NCBI GenBank assembly: GCA_036172245.1
Contig: JAYWIR010000003.1
Location: 6,014,001 to 6,078,000 of the forward strand
Origin: Raillietiella orientalis
Taxonomy: Eukaryota
Direction of reading: 5' to 3'
Length of the DNA: 64,000 bases
Shown: in pieces, positions 49,251 to 64,000 of the stretch
Layout: each line of letters opens with the position of its first letter
How positions within the stretch are numbered: the first letter of the stretch is position 1
Notes under the pieces: generated by a model
What the model was told of the DNA's origin: nothing
The model's database searches: none
Seen by the model: the letters and a program-made list of their open reading frames with translations, nothing else
Position numbers and translations under genes: made by a program

Positions 49251-50199
49251 AATGCTTTGAGGTGTGTGTGCGTGCGTGCGTGTTTTTTTTTTTTTTATCA
49301 GAGAATTCTATTTCCTTCTGGATCCTATTTCCTTCTTCATAAACGTGACAGCACAGATTGTCTATAAGAGGCTAGGCAATCAACTTATTACTCAAGCCAA
49401 CTGATTTAAGTCTTCCGTCTACCGATTAAGAAAGCGCAAGAGTAAATGCATCGGCATCGATCAGATGCATTGCTTCTTGATAGTGAGAAACAGTGCAGCC
49501 ATCTCCTAATAGTGGTGGGATTTCGTAATCAAATCTTCGAACGTTTGAACCTTTAAACGATTCGAAAACGGTCACATTGCTGATTATTTGAATTCATCGA
49601 GTCAAAAAGTGAGAAATGATCCCTCGCATGGAAATACGACGGACTTTTGCTGAACCGAACTTTCAATGAAAGCAAAAGGACATTACCCCTATTAAATCAC
49701 CAGCTTCACACAGTTCAGAGACTAACAGTATCTTACTTCGTTAGAAAAGTAGCCTGCATTCAAAGCATTCTATTATGGGAATGGAAGCAGTAGGTTTCTG
49801 ATTGGAGTGGGCGCCAAGAAAATTCAGCCCATGGAACGTTTGGAGAACGTGCAAAGTAGGTCCACATCGGAAAACGCTTGGTTGGTTATGAACTCAAAAT
49901 GTGCGACACTGATGAAAGCACAAATCTCGACAGAGTGAATTATCGTGTCTTCCGGTGATTTGCCGTGTCTTGGAGAAATTAAAGGGCAATGGCAGCACAG
50001 GAAAATGGAGAGTAGCACGAATGAGACAACAAAAGCCATAGTTTGCAAAGATGGCATGGATTGGGATGCATGGAAGTACTGCTTCGATTAGTGGAAATGG
50101 AAATGAAGCACTTGCTTGTGGGCATAAATGCATTCCTCAAAATGAAACAGGCGAAACAGGCCATGCCGTTGCATTCATTATCATTTGGAAATAATTACA

Positions 50200-52750
50200 A
50201 CTCTAAATTGGACTGGCAAGGATCCCATTCTATTCTAGAAAATTCTATTGATATCCTAGGTTTACTGCTGCTACTTGGTGTGCATTAGAATTTTGCTGGA
50301 TTGTCCAAGTAGACTTCTACAAAATATGCCTGACGACGGATGAACGCTTATGCTACAACTTCGTTAGAATATTTTTTTTAACGAACTGTTCTCTCGAAAG
50401 CGACAGAATCATATCGAAGAAGATACAGCAATAAAATTTCATCCTGCTTGCATGAGTGATAAATTTCGAAATCCAACATTTCGTAGTTCACCGTTAAGAA
50501 TGGAAGAGTTTTCAAAGAAAACGACGACTAGACCACACAGACAAAGTCTTTCCAAAAATCTATCAGATCTCTCTTTCCCTTCTTGAATGAGGGAACTGAG
50601 GAGATTGCCATAATTTTTAATTGGAATGAGATGAAATGAAATTCCGTGTAATGTATCTGGCACATTCTGCATTAATGAGACGTATCACATGCACTTGTGA
50701 TCGCGAAAGTTAGGATTCGGAAATGCATGCAGCATCGAATCTTGGGGGGAGAAAATCCAGAGTCCACGCAAGGAGTATGCAGATGAAACACCGTTCTGTA
50801 CACTCTACCTGAACATTCGCAGAGTCACCATTTGGACAAAGATTCTAATGTCTGCCAGTGGGCAATGAGACTGCCCATTGCTGGCATGAAGAGTGCAGGA
50901 TATCTTACTCAGCAGGAAAGGTTTTTGGATTCCGAATGTGAAAGGTGAGAGAATTGGTAGCCTCAGGAGGAAAAACACACACAAAAAAAGCATTAGTTCC
51001 ATCATTTTCTTCCGTGTTTTTTGGGCTCATGAAAGAGCAAATGCAGACAAACCCCTCAGGAAGAGTGATTTCTATCTATTGCAGAATAGTTACCAATTTT
51101 GTTTAAACGTATTAGATGAATATCTCTCATTCTTTCTCTTCCATTCCAATTTTCAGATCAGTTCTTCGAACATTATTCTAATTTCTGCTTTAGAACTGAA
51201 GGGGATTTTTTTTTTTCTTACATAGTATCCTTGCTGATTGTAACAAAAATAAATTTTCCTTTTTGCTTCAAACAAACGTAATGAAGTCAACAGCATCAGC
51301 AGTTTTGTAGCGAAGCTGCAAGATCTTTGCGATTTTCGTCAGAATTGAATCCACAGCATCAGGAAATCCTGCATCAAAGATTCATTACGTACGAAAGATA
51401 AATAAATAATCTCTCATACGTATTCTCAAACCTTTCCCGATCAGGTTGTGGATGCATTTGCAGCATGACAGGCTTATTTAATTCCCTCCACATCCGGTGC
51501 CTTCTGTTTAAAAAATGGAATACACGTTGCATCATCATCATCGCCTAATATCAGCTTCACAGCAAACGTTAAAAACAATGGTTATGATATTGAATGGAGG
51601 CTGACTAAGATTCATATAGCAAAAGGAATATAATTCAAAAGGGTTTTAAAATATCGTAGTGAAGTTTTTTATCGGTTGAAGATCAACGTTTCGGACTTGA
51701 ATCATCGGATTGTGGTAACAGCAGAAGGCCATTTTCTAACCTTGAGCCACGTAACCTTCCACACAACTACTGCACGTATAGTTTTGATAATGGCTGTTCT
51801 ATGTGGAAATTCCGCTTCCTAACTATTTACAGATTTCGTTTCGTGGCCGAGAAAAACGAAAAGTTATTTCGTTCCGGTTTAATTTCACACGCAAGTCTTA
51901 TTTATTGCATTGTTTCGTTCAGTGTCGAATGCAAAAACCAAAACGAGACAGTCAAGTGCACGTGGTTTTTCAAAAAGAAATTTCCTTCGGTGGAAAATGG
52001 ATGGATCAGAAAAAATGAGGTTACCTTCATCAATGCTTTCTTACCACGTTCTTCATGTCTGTGTTATTAGGACCTAGTTATTGCTTGCAGGGCATAGCAA
52101 ATAACGGGATTCAAAGTCAGGAACGAATATCCTGGAAGTAATTATGACCGAATTCGGATTATATTTAGGAACAACACCTGAAGTCGAAATCGGATCAGAG
52201 AAATAGAATTTGCAGATTGAGTCCAAGCGATTTTCCATGCCGATAGAATCACGGACAGCTACGGAGCTTCTAGTATTAGGCTATCTACGGAGCGAAAATG
52301 GAATGAAAACACGTTCTGAAGGATTTAAAAGCCCAAATGTCAGATGAATCGATAAGGAAATGTGAAATACGTTTACAAAACAAGTGTTACGAGAGAATGT
52401 TCCGACCAGCATCTGAAAATGGTGGCAGCTCTACCGACTTGACGCATGGACGTGGTGAGCCTACAGGAAACCAACGTGCTGTCAGGCTGCTCGTGAATGT
52501 CTGTAGAAAACCAACACACATTTCGGAGTGGAAAAAAGTTTGTGTGTCTCCAGCAAGGAAATTAGGCTTTGACAGACACATGGAGGAACACCGCACTTAG
52601 CTTGCAGATTTTGGTGAGATGGACGAAGAGGCCAGCCGGAAAACGATCAATTCACAGAGTCTCGGCGAACCGAACGCCTGCGTTGGAGGCAAACCTTGCG
52701 GAAGACGAGTCGAACATTTCAAATTTCCAGAATAGGAAATACGTGAAGAT
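50200..52750 (-). mobile_element. Very decayed Utopia-like remnant(s)
   Basis: LVFRKVCLQRRR (cf. IFN.CL..RR.P, ~52675-52710), and DTLHGI and VVVFFEN (cf. ETL.HV; V.VPFEN) in ORF 50439-50672. Weak motif-level support only. Confidence 0.4.
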
Positions 52751-53527
52751 TTTAATAAATGCTCAGGAAGCATAACTTCTTGAGGAAACGGTTGGCGCCT
52801 TTGATGCTGGAAACATAATCACGGAACTTACGAGGAAAGGAAAAAAAAAACTCCTGCTCCCATTTCAGACTTGGTTTTATCACAGAAAGCCGTATGCATC
52901 TTTTGCATTCGGTTTCTGAATTACAAAGTAAGAATGAGAGCGGAAAGAATGGCACCACGTAATGCGAGAAATAATGGCAATGTAAAAATGTGAAAGTCTG
53001 CACTGCAAAATCACGGACGACTGCCTCGCGAACACGAATGTTTTCGTAGTTTCCTGTGCAAACAAGGATTTTAATTTTCTTTTACTGTTGTCATATCCTT
53101 TTCATAAAAAGCAAGCTCTGTATCATACAAACATTAACATGTAGCAGATTGAAGAAACACGTGGCTTTTCGGCCTAAACATGTGCATGGGCTTCACTAAC
53201 ACAAACATTGACAGCCGGAATATGGGTGAAAAGAATTCCAAGTGCCATCCAATTTTCTGTGAATACAGTTCGAAGACGGAATCACTCCCGGGCTTATGAT
53301 CCTATATTCATGCTGAAGAACTGTACGGAATGCAGGGAAATCTGTAGCTTGGTTTTGCATCCAAATCAATTGAATGTGAAACTGATGTCACATGATATAC
53401 AACAATTCTTGTCATTACAGATTTCTTGAAAACTAAGTACACTGACAAAGTACAAGTGCAGTACCAATGCATCAGCAATTTATAAATAAAAGAATCTTAT
53501 CCAAACATTCTATTGTTTATTTGCTAT

Positions 53528-53552
53528 TTGCATTGCATTGCATTGCATTGCA
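53528..53552. repeat. (TTGCA)5 pentanucleotide repeat in the DNAJA 3' region
   Basis: ttgcattgcattgcattgcattgca directly visible. Confidence 0.85.
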
Positions 53553-53746
53553 AGTGACACACATTACAGGTTTTAGCATGCTGATCCTGGGGGCATCTGC
53601 AAGGCTCCATCAGTTTTGCAGAGTCTGGGTATGAATGGAAAAAAGTTCGCAAAACGGGTACAATTTATTTGAAAACTACATCCCAAATAAGGAAGGAAGT
53701 GATGATGGGCTGCAAGTGCAGCAGGAGGGTAAAACAGCCTTGACAC

Positions 53747-56658
<2,912 letters not shown>

Positions 56659-56781
56659 CTATCTTAAATACTTTCCAGATATCTAACAAAACAACCTTTT
56701 AAAAACACCAAATACAAAACACAAGAAACCACAACCCCCGAACAAGCACTACTTTCTCTACAGACCACAACGAAGTGTGTG

Positions 56782-56794
56782 GAGTTTTCCAGAA
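56782..56794. promoter_or_regulatory. Candidate heat-shock element upstream of DNAJA
   Basis: GAGttTTCcaGAA is one mismatch from GAAnnTTCnnGAA, ~140 nt upstream of the ATG. A second imperfect copy, TAAagTTCcgGAA, lies at 57017-57029. Confidence 0.35.
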
Positions 56795-59700
56795 CACCAG
56801 CTGAAAACACTTAAGTATTACCATCATTTGATGTTACGTACTGCATCTGAAAAATTAGCGTCCGTGCCCAAGAAATAATTTTCAAACGATGTGATTAACT
56901 TTAAAGGACAACATCATATCACAGGTTCAGAGTGAAATTTCAGTTTACAAGTATGTAATTCTATAAATAAAGCTTAAAGTTTAGAAATAAAAAATCGAAA
57001 TAACGAAAATTCCAATTAAAGTTCCGGAATGCTTCTTTGAATGCTTCTTCTACCTTATGAAAACAATAAAGCTTCAGTATTCGATATGTGAAATCGAAAT
57101 CATTAAAGTGATGAAAAAGGCAAAATGAGTTGCAGCTCAAGAAATAATCGACGTTTTAGTAAGATGAGTTTCAATATGACCAACGTTGATGATTACAAAA
57201 CAAAGCAATTATAGATTTTCTTAGAGTTCAGTTCAAGAGGTTTGCAATCAATCTTTGATTGGATGCCTTCCTGAAGTACAATACATACTAGTGTGAATTA
57301 TCGGAAGCTCGATTTGTTGTCGAAATTTCTTTCAATAGAGAATACGAGAGTTCTTTGGAAAGACACAAATAAAGAAGGTTCACAATGAGGATCACACATG
57401 TGAATACCTTCACATAAATTCTTAATAAATTATGAATTCGTACACATAGAATTATGAAAAAGATGTAAATCTCGTTTCCAGGTGATACTAAGTTTACCAC
57501 ATAATGGAATAAATTTGCTATTCAGATGTAAATAAAAAAAATTCTTAAAGCTATTATCTTTTCAGCCAATAAAGAGTTTCAGCGAATAAAAAGAGCTCAA
57601 CTGAATACAAATGTGAAGAAAAATGAAGAAAAATGCTGATGATTCACAATACAGTAACTTGAATAAAAACTTTGGAGTAAATTTGATTAATAGTAAAGAT
57701 GCTGATTCCTCCACCAAGTTCTGATCTCGAATTTTAGAGTTCTAAAGTCAGTTCCCTCGAAATATTTTTCCAGTGATTTTTTCTCCTCAAAATATCATCA
57801 AAGTTCATTCTCACTAGTGTCCAATTACGTTTAAATTATCTAGAAAGAAGTGAAGGCACTTAGATACCCCACAGAATGAATATTCAAAAAGACATTATCT
57901 TTTTGAAATTTTGAAAAATCTCCCACAGTTCTTTTTGTGTCACGACTTTATACGAAGAATCATTTTTGATTACCTACGCAAGAATGGATAATAGCAATAA
58001 ATATATAATAGCGAGCCATATAAAAATTTGTGCTTATAAAATTGACAAAAACTGATGTATTATGAAATCCACCTCAAAAGACTATGGTTTTTTAGTTCCT
58101 GCAAATTGTTAGATTGTCGGTCTATAAAATAGCGAATTCTGGTAGTATTTCACTAAAAAAAAAAAGTGAGAAAGTCCTGCAATAAGTGTTGTGTATATTA
58201 ATCTTTGTGCTTAGGAATCTGTCCACTACACTTACACATAGGTCAGTTATGAAAACTTGATTTAAGGAAATGCTTTCCTACTCTATTAAGATTTAAACAT
58301 TCTTTTTTCCTTTTCATGCATTTTTTGTAATTCCATAGCTTTTCTATTAAATTTCTATCGAGCACTGTATTTTTATCAATGTTATTGTTTCATCAATCAT
58401 TTTTTTCCGTTTTTTACTTTGTTATCTCCAATTCTTTTACACACTAGATGGTTTTTAAAAAAAATCCGTTACCTCAAAGAATTCGAGGATACTTATTTAC
58501 TCTATCTGGTGTATGTGTCTGATTACTAGTCACATAGATTTAGATCTCAGGGGTAAGTATTCAAAAAAAAACGTGTTAATGTGAACAATAAAGCATGGAG
58601 ATTAGGAAGAACAACGAGGCATACATTTTAAGTAAATAAGAGTTATAAAACTGAAAATATCTAGTGTCTTTCTATAAAGGTTTTCAGGATAAAAGCACTC
58701 AAAGCGAAATTCACTTCGTAGAGACCAAAATAAAGTTCTTGTCCAACTTCTATTCTATGCAATTTATACATACATGAGTATTTTGAGCATCTATATAACA
58801 AATATAAAGTTGAGTCTGCATACGAGAAATTTATATATTTCTAATGACCAAAATGCTCAGAAATTTCACTCGATTTTATGCAAACAGAAACTACATTAGA
58901 GTCTGCGCATATATGGTTAAACATTAACAGAAATGTAAGAATGTAGGAATAAACTTTGATTGTTACTGTATAACCCATATTTTTCTAATTAGGCTGTCCT
59001 TCAAAATTAACTTTATGGCTTGAAATTTGGGATTAACACAAATAATCCACAAGTAATTCCACAGCAATTTTGTGTTGAATAAGTAATGGCATAGCAATGG
59101 CACAACAGCAATGCATCATTTGTCGCATTTCCTTGCTGTATAAAATTTTTGGAACGAAATAAAAAAAATAAACACTTGGAAACTCTGAGGATGCGATCGA
59201 TATCTGCTTCAAAAATCACGAATCTTAGTTTGAAAAGCAGAATCAAATACAGCATATGTCCATGAATCTGAAATTAAATGGAAGGGCCAAAAAAATGGAA
59301 AGATGAAAGTATTGCAGCAAATATTCACAAGCAAACGCAATGAAAAAAGAAAAACGTTGAAAAAGGAAAATAGATGAGTGTTTTAGAACTTTTTATGTTT
59401 CGTAAACAAAGCCTTTGATTCTTTTATTAGTAGCGTTAGCTCAACATCGGTATTATTAACAGAATGTTTGGCTGAGCTCACGCCGCATTATTAGATTACA
59501 TAGCATTGTGTCCATTTGATCCCTCCAGGCCATCATTTTCGAGAAAAGTTATGCAGAGGTCACCTCCAAAAACATTTCATCGCTTACCTGTTTTAAAGGT
59601 GGGTATCAAATATCTGCAACAGAAAATACAACATTCAATAAGTATATACAAGAAGAAAGGAAACAGAATGAGCTTTACGTGTTTTAACGAATCACTGTAG

Positions 59701-60504
59701 TCGGAGTCACCATGTTGAAAAACGAAATTCATGAATCAGATTTTAAGTCCGCATTCTCACATGAGATTGCACAGGTATTTCAAAGATGACGAAATCAATT
59801 ATGTTTGTTACATCAGGGACCAAATAATAACTGCGCTGAATGCAAAATCACGTAATGTAAACTACCACATAACTTAGTGGCCCTACGTTGTATTACATTC
59901 CGATTTTGGTCAAATGTTTAGCTCGCATTAACAGTGTTGAGAATAAATAAATACTACTACTGTTACTCAAGAACTAGCTGAGTTGTGAATTTTGTGGGCT
60001 TTTTTAAATCAAATGCGGATTAAAAATTTGGGAATTAGTCCAATTACCAACACTTTTAAAAGTAGAACCCAAGTTTCAACAAGCAAATAATCATTGCTTT
60101 ACTATTGAAGTAATGCAACTAATTGTGCACCTTACTCTAAATGATGTCTTAGTGGAATTTCCGAATAACTTTTTGATATGACTCTGTTTTAAGTGCTGCA
60201 TTATTTGCTTGAAATATCTCTCACAGCATAAACAGATTTGTGTCAACTGCAACACAAATAGGCACAGAATGGCGAATATAAGTAGTGTGTGTGTCTCACA
60301 AAAAGGGAAAAACGGGGTGCACCACTACTACATATTACACCATTGATGTACACAGTATGACTGAAGCTATTTTTCAAAAATTAAGAATTCTCATTAAGCA
60401 TTTCTTATTCCCACCTTTTAAAGGACATTACCAATGATACATTTTTACCCATCAGCATCGATGCCTAAAATATAGAAAACTTTATTGCAATTATAGAGGA
60501 AGCA

Positions 60505-62997
60505 TCATGTATCATCAGTCTGCTCTAAAACAGCTCCACTGTAAGCTAAATCCCAATAGTGTTCCACTGTATGCTTCTTAAGATGTTCACGTGCCATAGC
60601 TTCTGTTGGACACACTTTGTAGCGTACTTCGGCAAAATTGCGATGCTTGGCACGACCCTGGAAAACTTTGGCATGAGCAACCTGATTCTGCCATCTTTCA
60701 CTTACCTCCCATACCAAAGTGCACCCTTCTTCTTCTGTCCATTTAATGCGATTCATTAACAACCGGCGGTATTTTTTCTGCTGTTTAGGGCCACCCTCAA
60801 CCACTACTACATTAACATCTTTGTACAATACAATTGTTCCTGTCATTTGCAATTGCTGAGCATTTTTTTCTACTTTGAATTTTTTTGACAAATTTGATAA
60901 GTCTCGAATTCGGTACACACAAACATGTACTCCAGAGCTAGTATCTTCCCGCAATTTCCGTATTTTCTTATCACGCCTTTGCTGGGTGGATAGCTTTCTT
61001 GCTGTGTTGGTCTCTTCATGTGCTTTCTGTCGGCGGGCCATTTGCTCTTTCACGTGAGTTTCCATTTTAGTAGGGTCCTGCACAGCCTGTGTACCAATAG
61101 CTCGCATCAGATTTGACAAGCGCAATTTCGGCTCAGGAGGTTGTTCCAAGCCAAGTCGGATCTTCTCTTGTTTCTCCTTCCATGCTTCACGACGATTCAT
61201 TCTACGTAGCTTTCTCTGTTCCTTTTTTGTTAAAAAGGCTGAGATCTGGGGCATTTTATAGCTTGCTACAAATATGCATGTTGTAACTACAATTATTAAA
61301 AGCTTTACTTACTAAAACATTTTATTTGTGCTGGGTGCTCTACCAAATTGGTGACTCCTTGAATCTGCAACTCATTACCCAGTCTGTTCCTTATCAACAT
61401 GAGTAAATATATTTTTTCTATCCACTACCTGCTGTTTCGCATAATGACAGAGTCCCACCACTCAACATCTGGTGTATAGTCATCACTCAGTAGTTTGGTC
61501 TTGGGAGCAATTAATGCCAGTTTGGTCTCACAACTGATTCCTGTTTTCTTCGCTATTTCAGCAATTTCATTTTGTAGCTTGTCCAGTTGTGCCTTTAACA
61601 TGCACATACAAGAAAAAGAACATAAAAAAAATAAAAAAAGATTCCCAATATTTCAATTTGTCTAGTTTCTGTATTTACCTTAGCCCGAAGACGCTGGGCT
61701 TGTTGAACAAACTTTCCTTGCTCATGAAACTGGAAAGTTCTCTTGGAACGTTGAGATGGGCGAAATCCAACCCTAGGATCAAAGAATTTACTATGACTGC
61801 TTTCCTCAGGAGGTGGCTGTAACAACTGCTGCTTAAACTGTTCTCGTTTAATGGCTCTAATATTGGCCTATCAAAAAGGATTAGTATAAAACACAGCACA
61901 CAGAACTCTACCTTCAAAGTGGGCATACGTTGTGTAAGCTGAATTTCCTTTCCACTGCTGTCCACAGTACGCCCTTCTTTGTCCAAAATAAGAGGGGTAG
62001 GTTTGTTTGGTAAAGCAGGAAGAGAGAGTCCAGATTTAGTTAACTTGGACTGGATCTGTGCCTGAAAGTATATATATTATTGCCATACAGATACATATTT
62101 TAAAATAACATTACTAAGAACATATGCATCTTTACTTCAGTATACTCAGTAACAGATATAATGCCTTGATCTAAATCTCAGGACACTTTTGCAAACATGT
62201 CTGCCATGTAACGTTTGGACATACCCCCAAAATTTAGAAACCTGCCAAACCTGTAGCTGAGCAATCTTCCGAGTTTTCTCCTCTGCCTCCCTTTGCTGCT
62301 GTTGTTGCTGATGCTGATGAGCAAGCGTAAGAGCTACTTGTTCTGGAAGAGTAGGTCCAATCTGAGGCAGTTTTCCGATACCCAGGGCAGTGAGAGCTTT
62401 TTTTCGTTCTTCTATCATCTTCTGAGCCTGAGCCATCATTTGCTTAATCTAAAGAATTGCAAATATCACTTTAAAACTGTGTCAAAACAATTCTTACTTG
62501 GTTTGCTGATAAGTGATCATCAGAAGCATTTGAATCAGGTTTTTTCCTGGAATCTTCCCTATTTCGGCTTCGTTTGTTTTCAATTTCTCCTTTTTCATCA
62601 TAATCCAAGTGTCGTTTCTTTGAACTTGAATGTTTTTTTTGAACATCATTTAAATATTCAAAAACTTTATCTACTAATTTTATAGCTTTATCCTTGTCCA
62701 TGTAAGATGACAATTTTTCTGGAAAAGCATTTACTTTTTAATTTAAAAATCTTAGAAAGATGAAAAAGAAGGTGACTGCTCACAAAGATTAAGTTAAAAA
62801 ATCACATACATTATGTATTAATACTTGAAATGCTTAATAATATACTGACCACCAATACGTTTCTTATCATATCCATCTACAAGATAATTCATTGTAGAAG
62901 ACACCACTTTAGTATCTTTTGAGCCCAAGTAACGATCAACAGCTTTTTCAACATAAGGTTTAAAGGTTTCCATATCATGTTTGGCAAGTAGTGGCAT
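60505..62997 (-). CDS. PRPF3: U4/U6 snRNP protein Prp3
   Basis: Exons 62997-62850, 62718-62498, 62448-62251, 62061-61912, 61867-61679, 61592-61429, ~61389-61313, 61265-60706 and 60657-60505. N-terminal PWI-like region, then [60 protein letters not shown] and EHYWDLA. Confidence 0.96.
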
Positions 62998-64000
62998 TTT
63001 TGAATGTTTCGGATGACTTTATTTCGATAAAGTTCAATTCACTCTACTGAAGTTCTGTATGTAATTTTGCCAAACTGGAAAATCAATAAAAAATGAAAAT
63101 TTTTAAATCAATAATTTCAAAAGAAAATTACATCTAAAATCAAATGCAAACAAGGAAAAATTACTTGCATCCCTCCCTTATTACACAATGGATAATAAAG
63201 ATATCTTACTTGTACTTAGTAAATTTATTTACCAAGAAATTAAGACCACATTATGGCTTAAATCCAAATCATTACAAAATAATCATATTTTTTTAATACT
63301 ACCTACAGATGATAACATTACAGGCATTTACATGTAAACCCTTGGATTCAGTGTTGCCACGTTTCACCATTCAACTAACTAAAAAATTTTGGAACTGATT
63401 GACAAAACCTTCGATATCAACATACAATTATAAGTATCCATGAAATTTGAATGTCTTTGCATGTTTATAACAGAAACACTTTATCAACATGTCTGGATAC
63501 AGGAAAATCTTATATACAATATATAGTTCTGTATGTGACATTCATATTCACCCATATGTTTGCATCAAGAGATGACATATGAGCATGTGTGCATCAGTAT
63601 AAAACAGATATAATTAAGCTCTGCAGTGCATTTATACGTATATAAATATGTTATATGCATATATATGTGAATGGATTGGATCAAGAATCAAAATGAATTA
63701 ATATTGTCATACTAAGATAATCATAAGCATTATTGTTAAGCATTTTTCCTGAAGCAAAACAACACAAGCCTCTCGATCTAATCTTTTAAAAGAAGGTAAA
63801 TTCTGGAATAAGGAAGAACAGGCTGGATAAAAACGGACTTTATTTACACAGAATTTTACGGGTGGAGTACAATTTTGAATATAAATACCGATTATATATG
63901 CATTTTAAGCTGAAGAAAGTTCATTAAAGAGGAATGAGAAGAGATACATGTGCTGAAATAAAAGAAGCTCTGAAAACAAGAATAAGAAAAGAAGTGATGC

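Noticed and set aside
53161..53180. GCTTTTCGGCCTA resembling the U2 5' end
   Set aside because: Too short, not followed by GGCTAAGATCAAGTGTAGTA, and on the opposite strand from neighbouring elements.

Overview
Eukaryotic genomic DNA, most likely from a nematode (inferred from 39-54 nt introns, TTTCAG-type acceptors and a nematode-like U2 3' end). Five AT-rich, intron-containing host genes are recognisable: SNX4 (+), MLX (-), an MBD5/6-like gene (-), a DNAJA-type Hsp40 (-) and PRPF3 (-). Most of the remaining GC-richer DNA (about 0.1-16.5, 23.6-38.4 and 43.2-52.8 kb) consists of stacked, heavily decayed copies of an RLE-type (R2 superfamily) non-LTR retrotransposon. The best-preserved 3' end (12.47-13.5 kb, minus strand) abuts the 3' three-quarters of a U2 snRNA gene at the TCTGTTCTTATCAG site, which identifies the family as Utopia (U2-targeting). 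Fainter U2-like remnants follow several other RLE ends, suggesting a decayed head-to-tail Utopia/U2 array. Retroelement boundaries are approximate and come from visual motif matching, not database searches.
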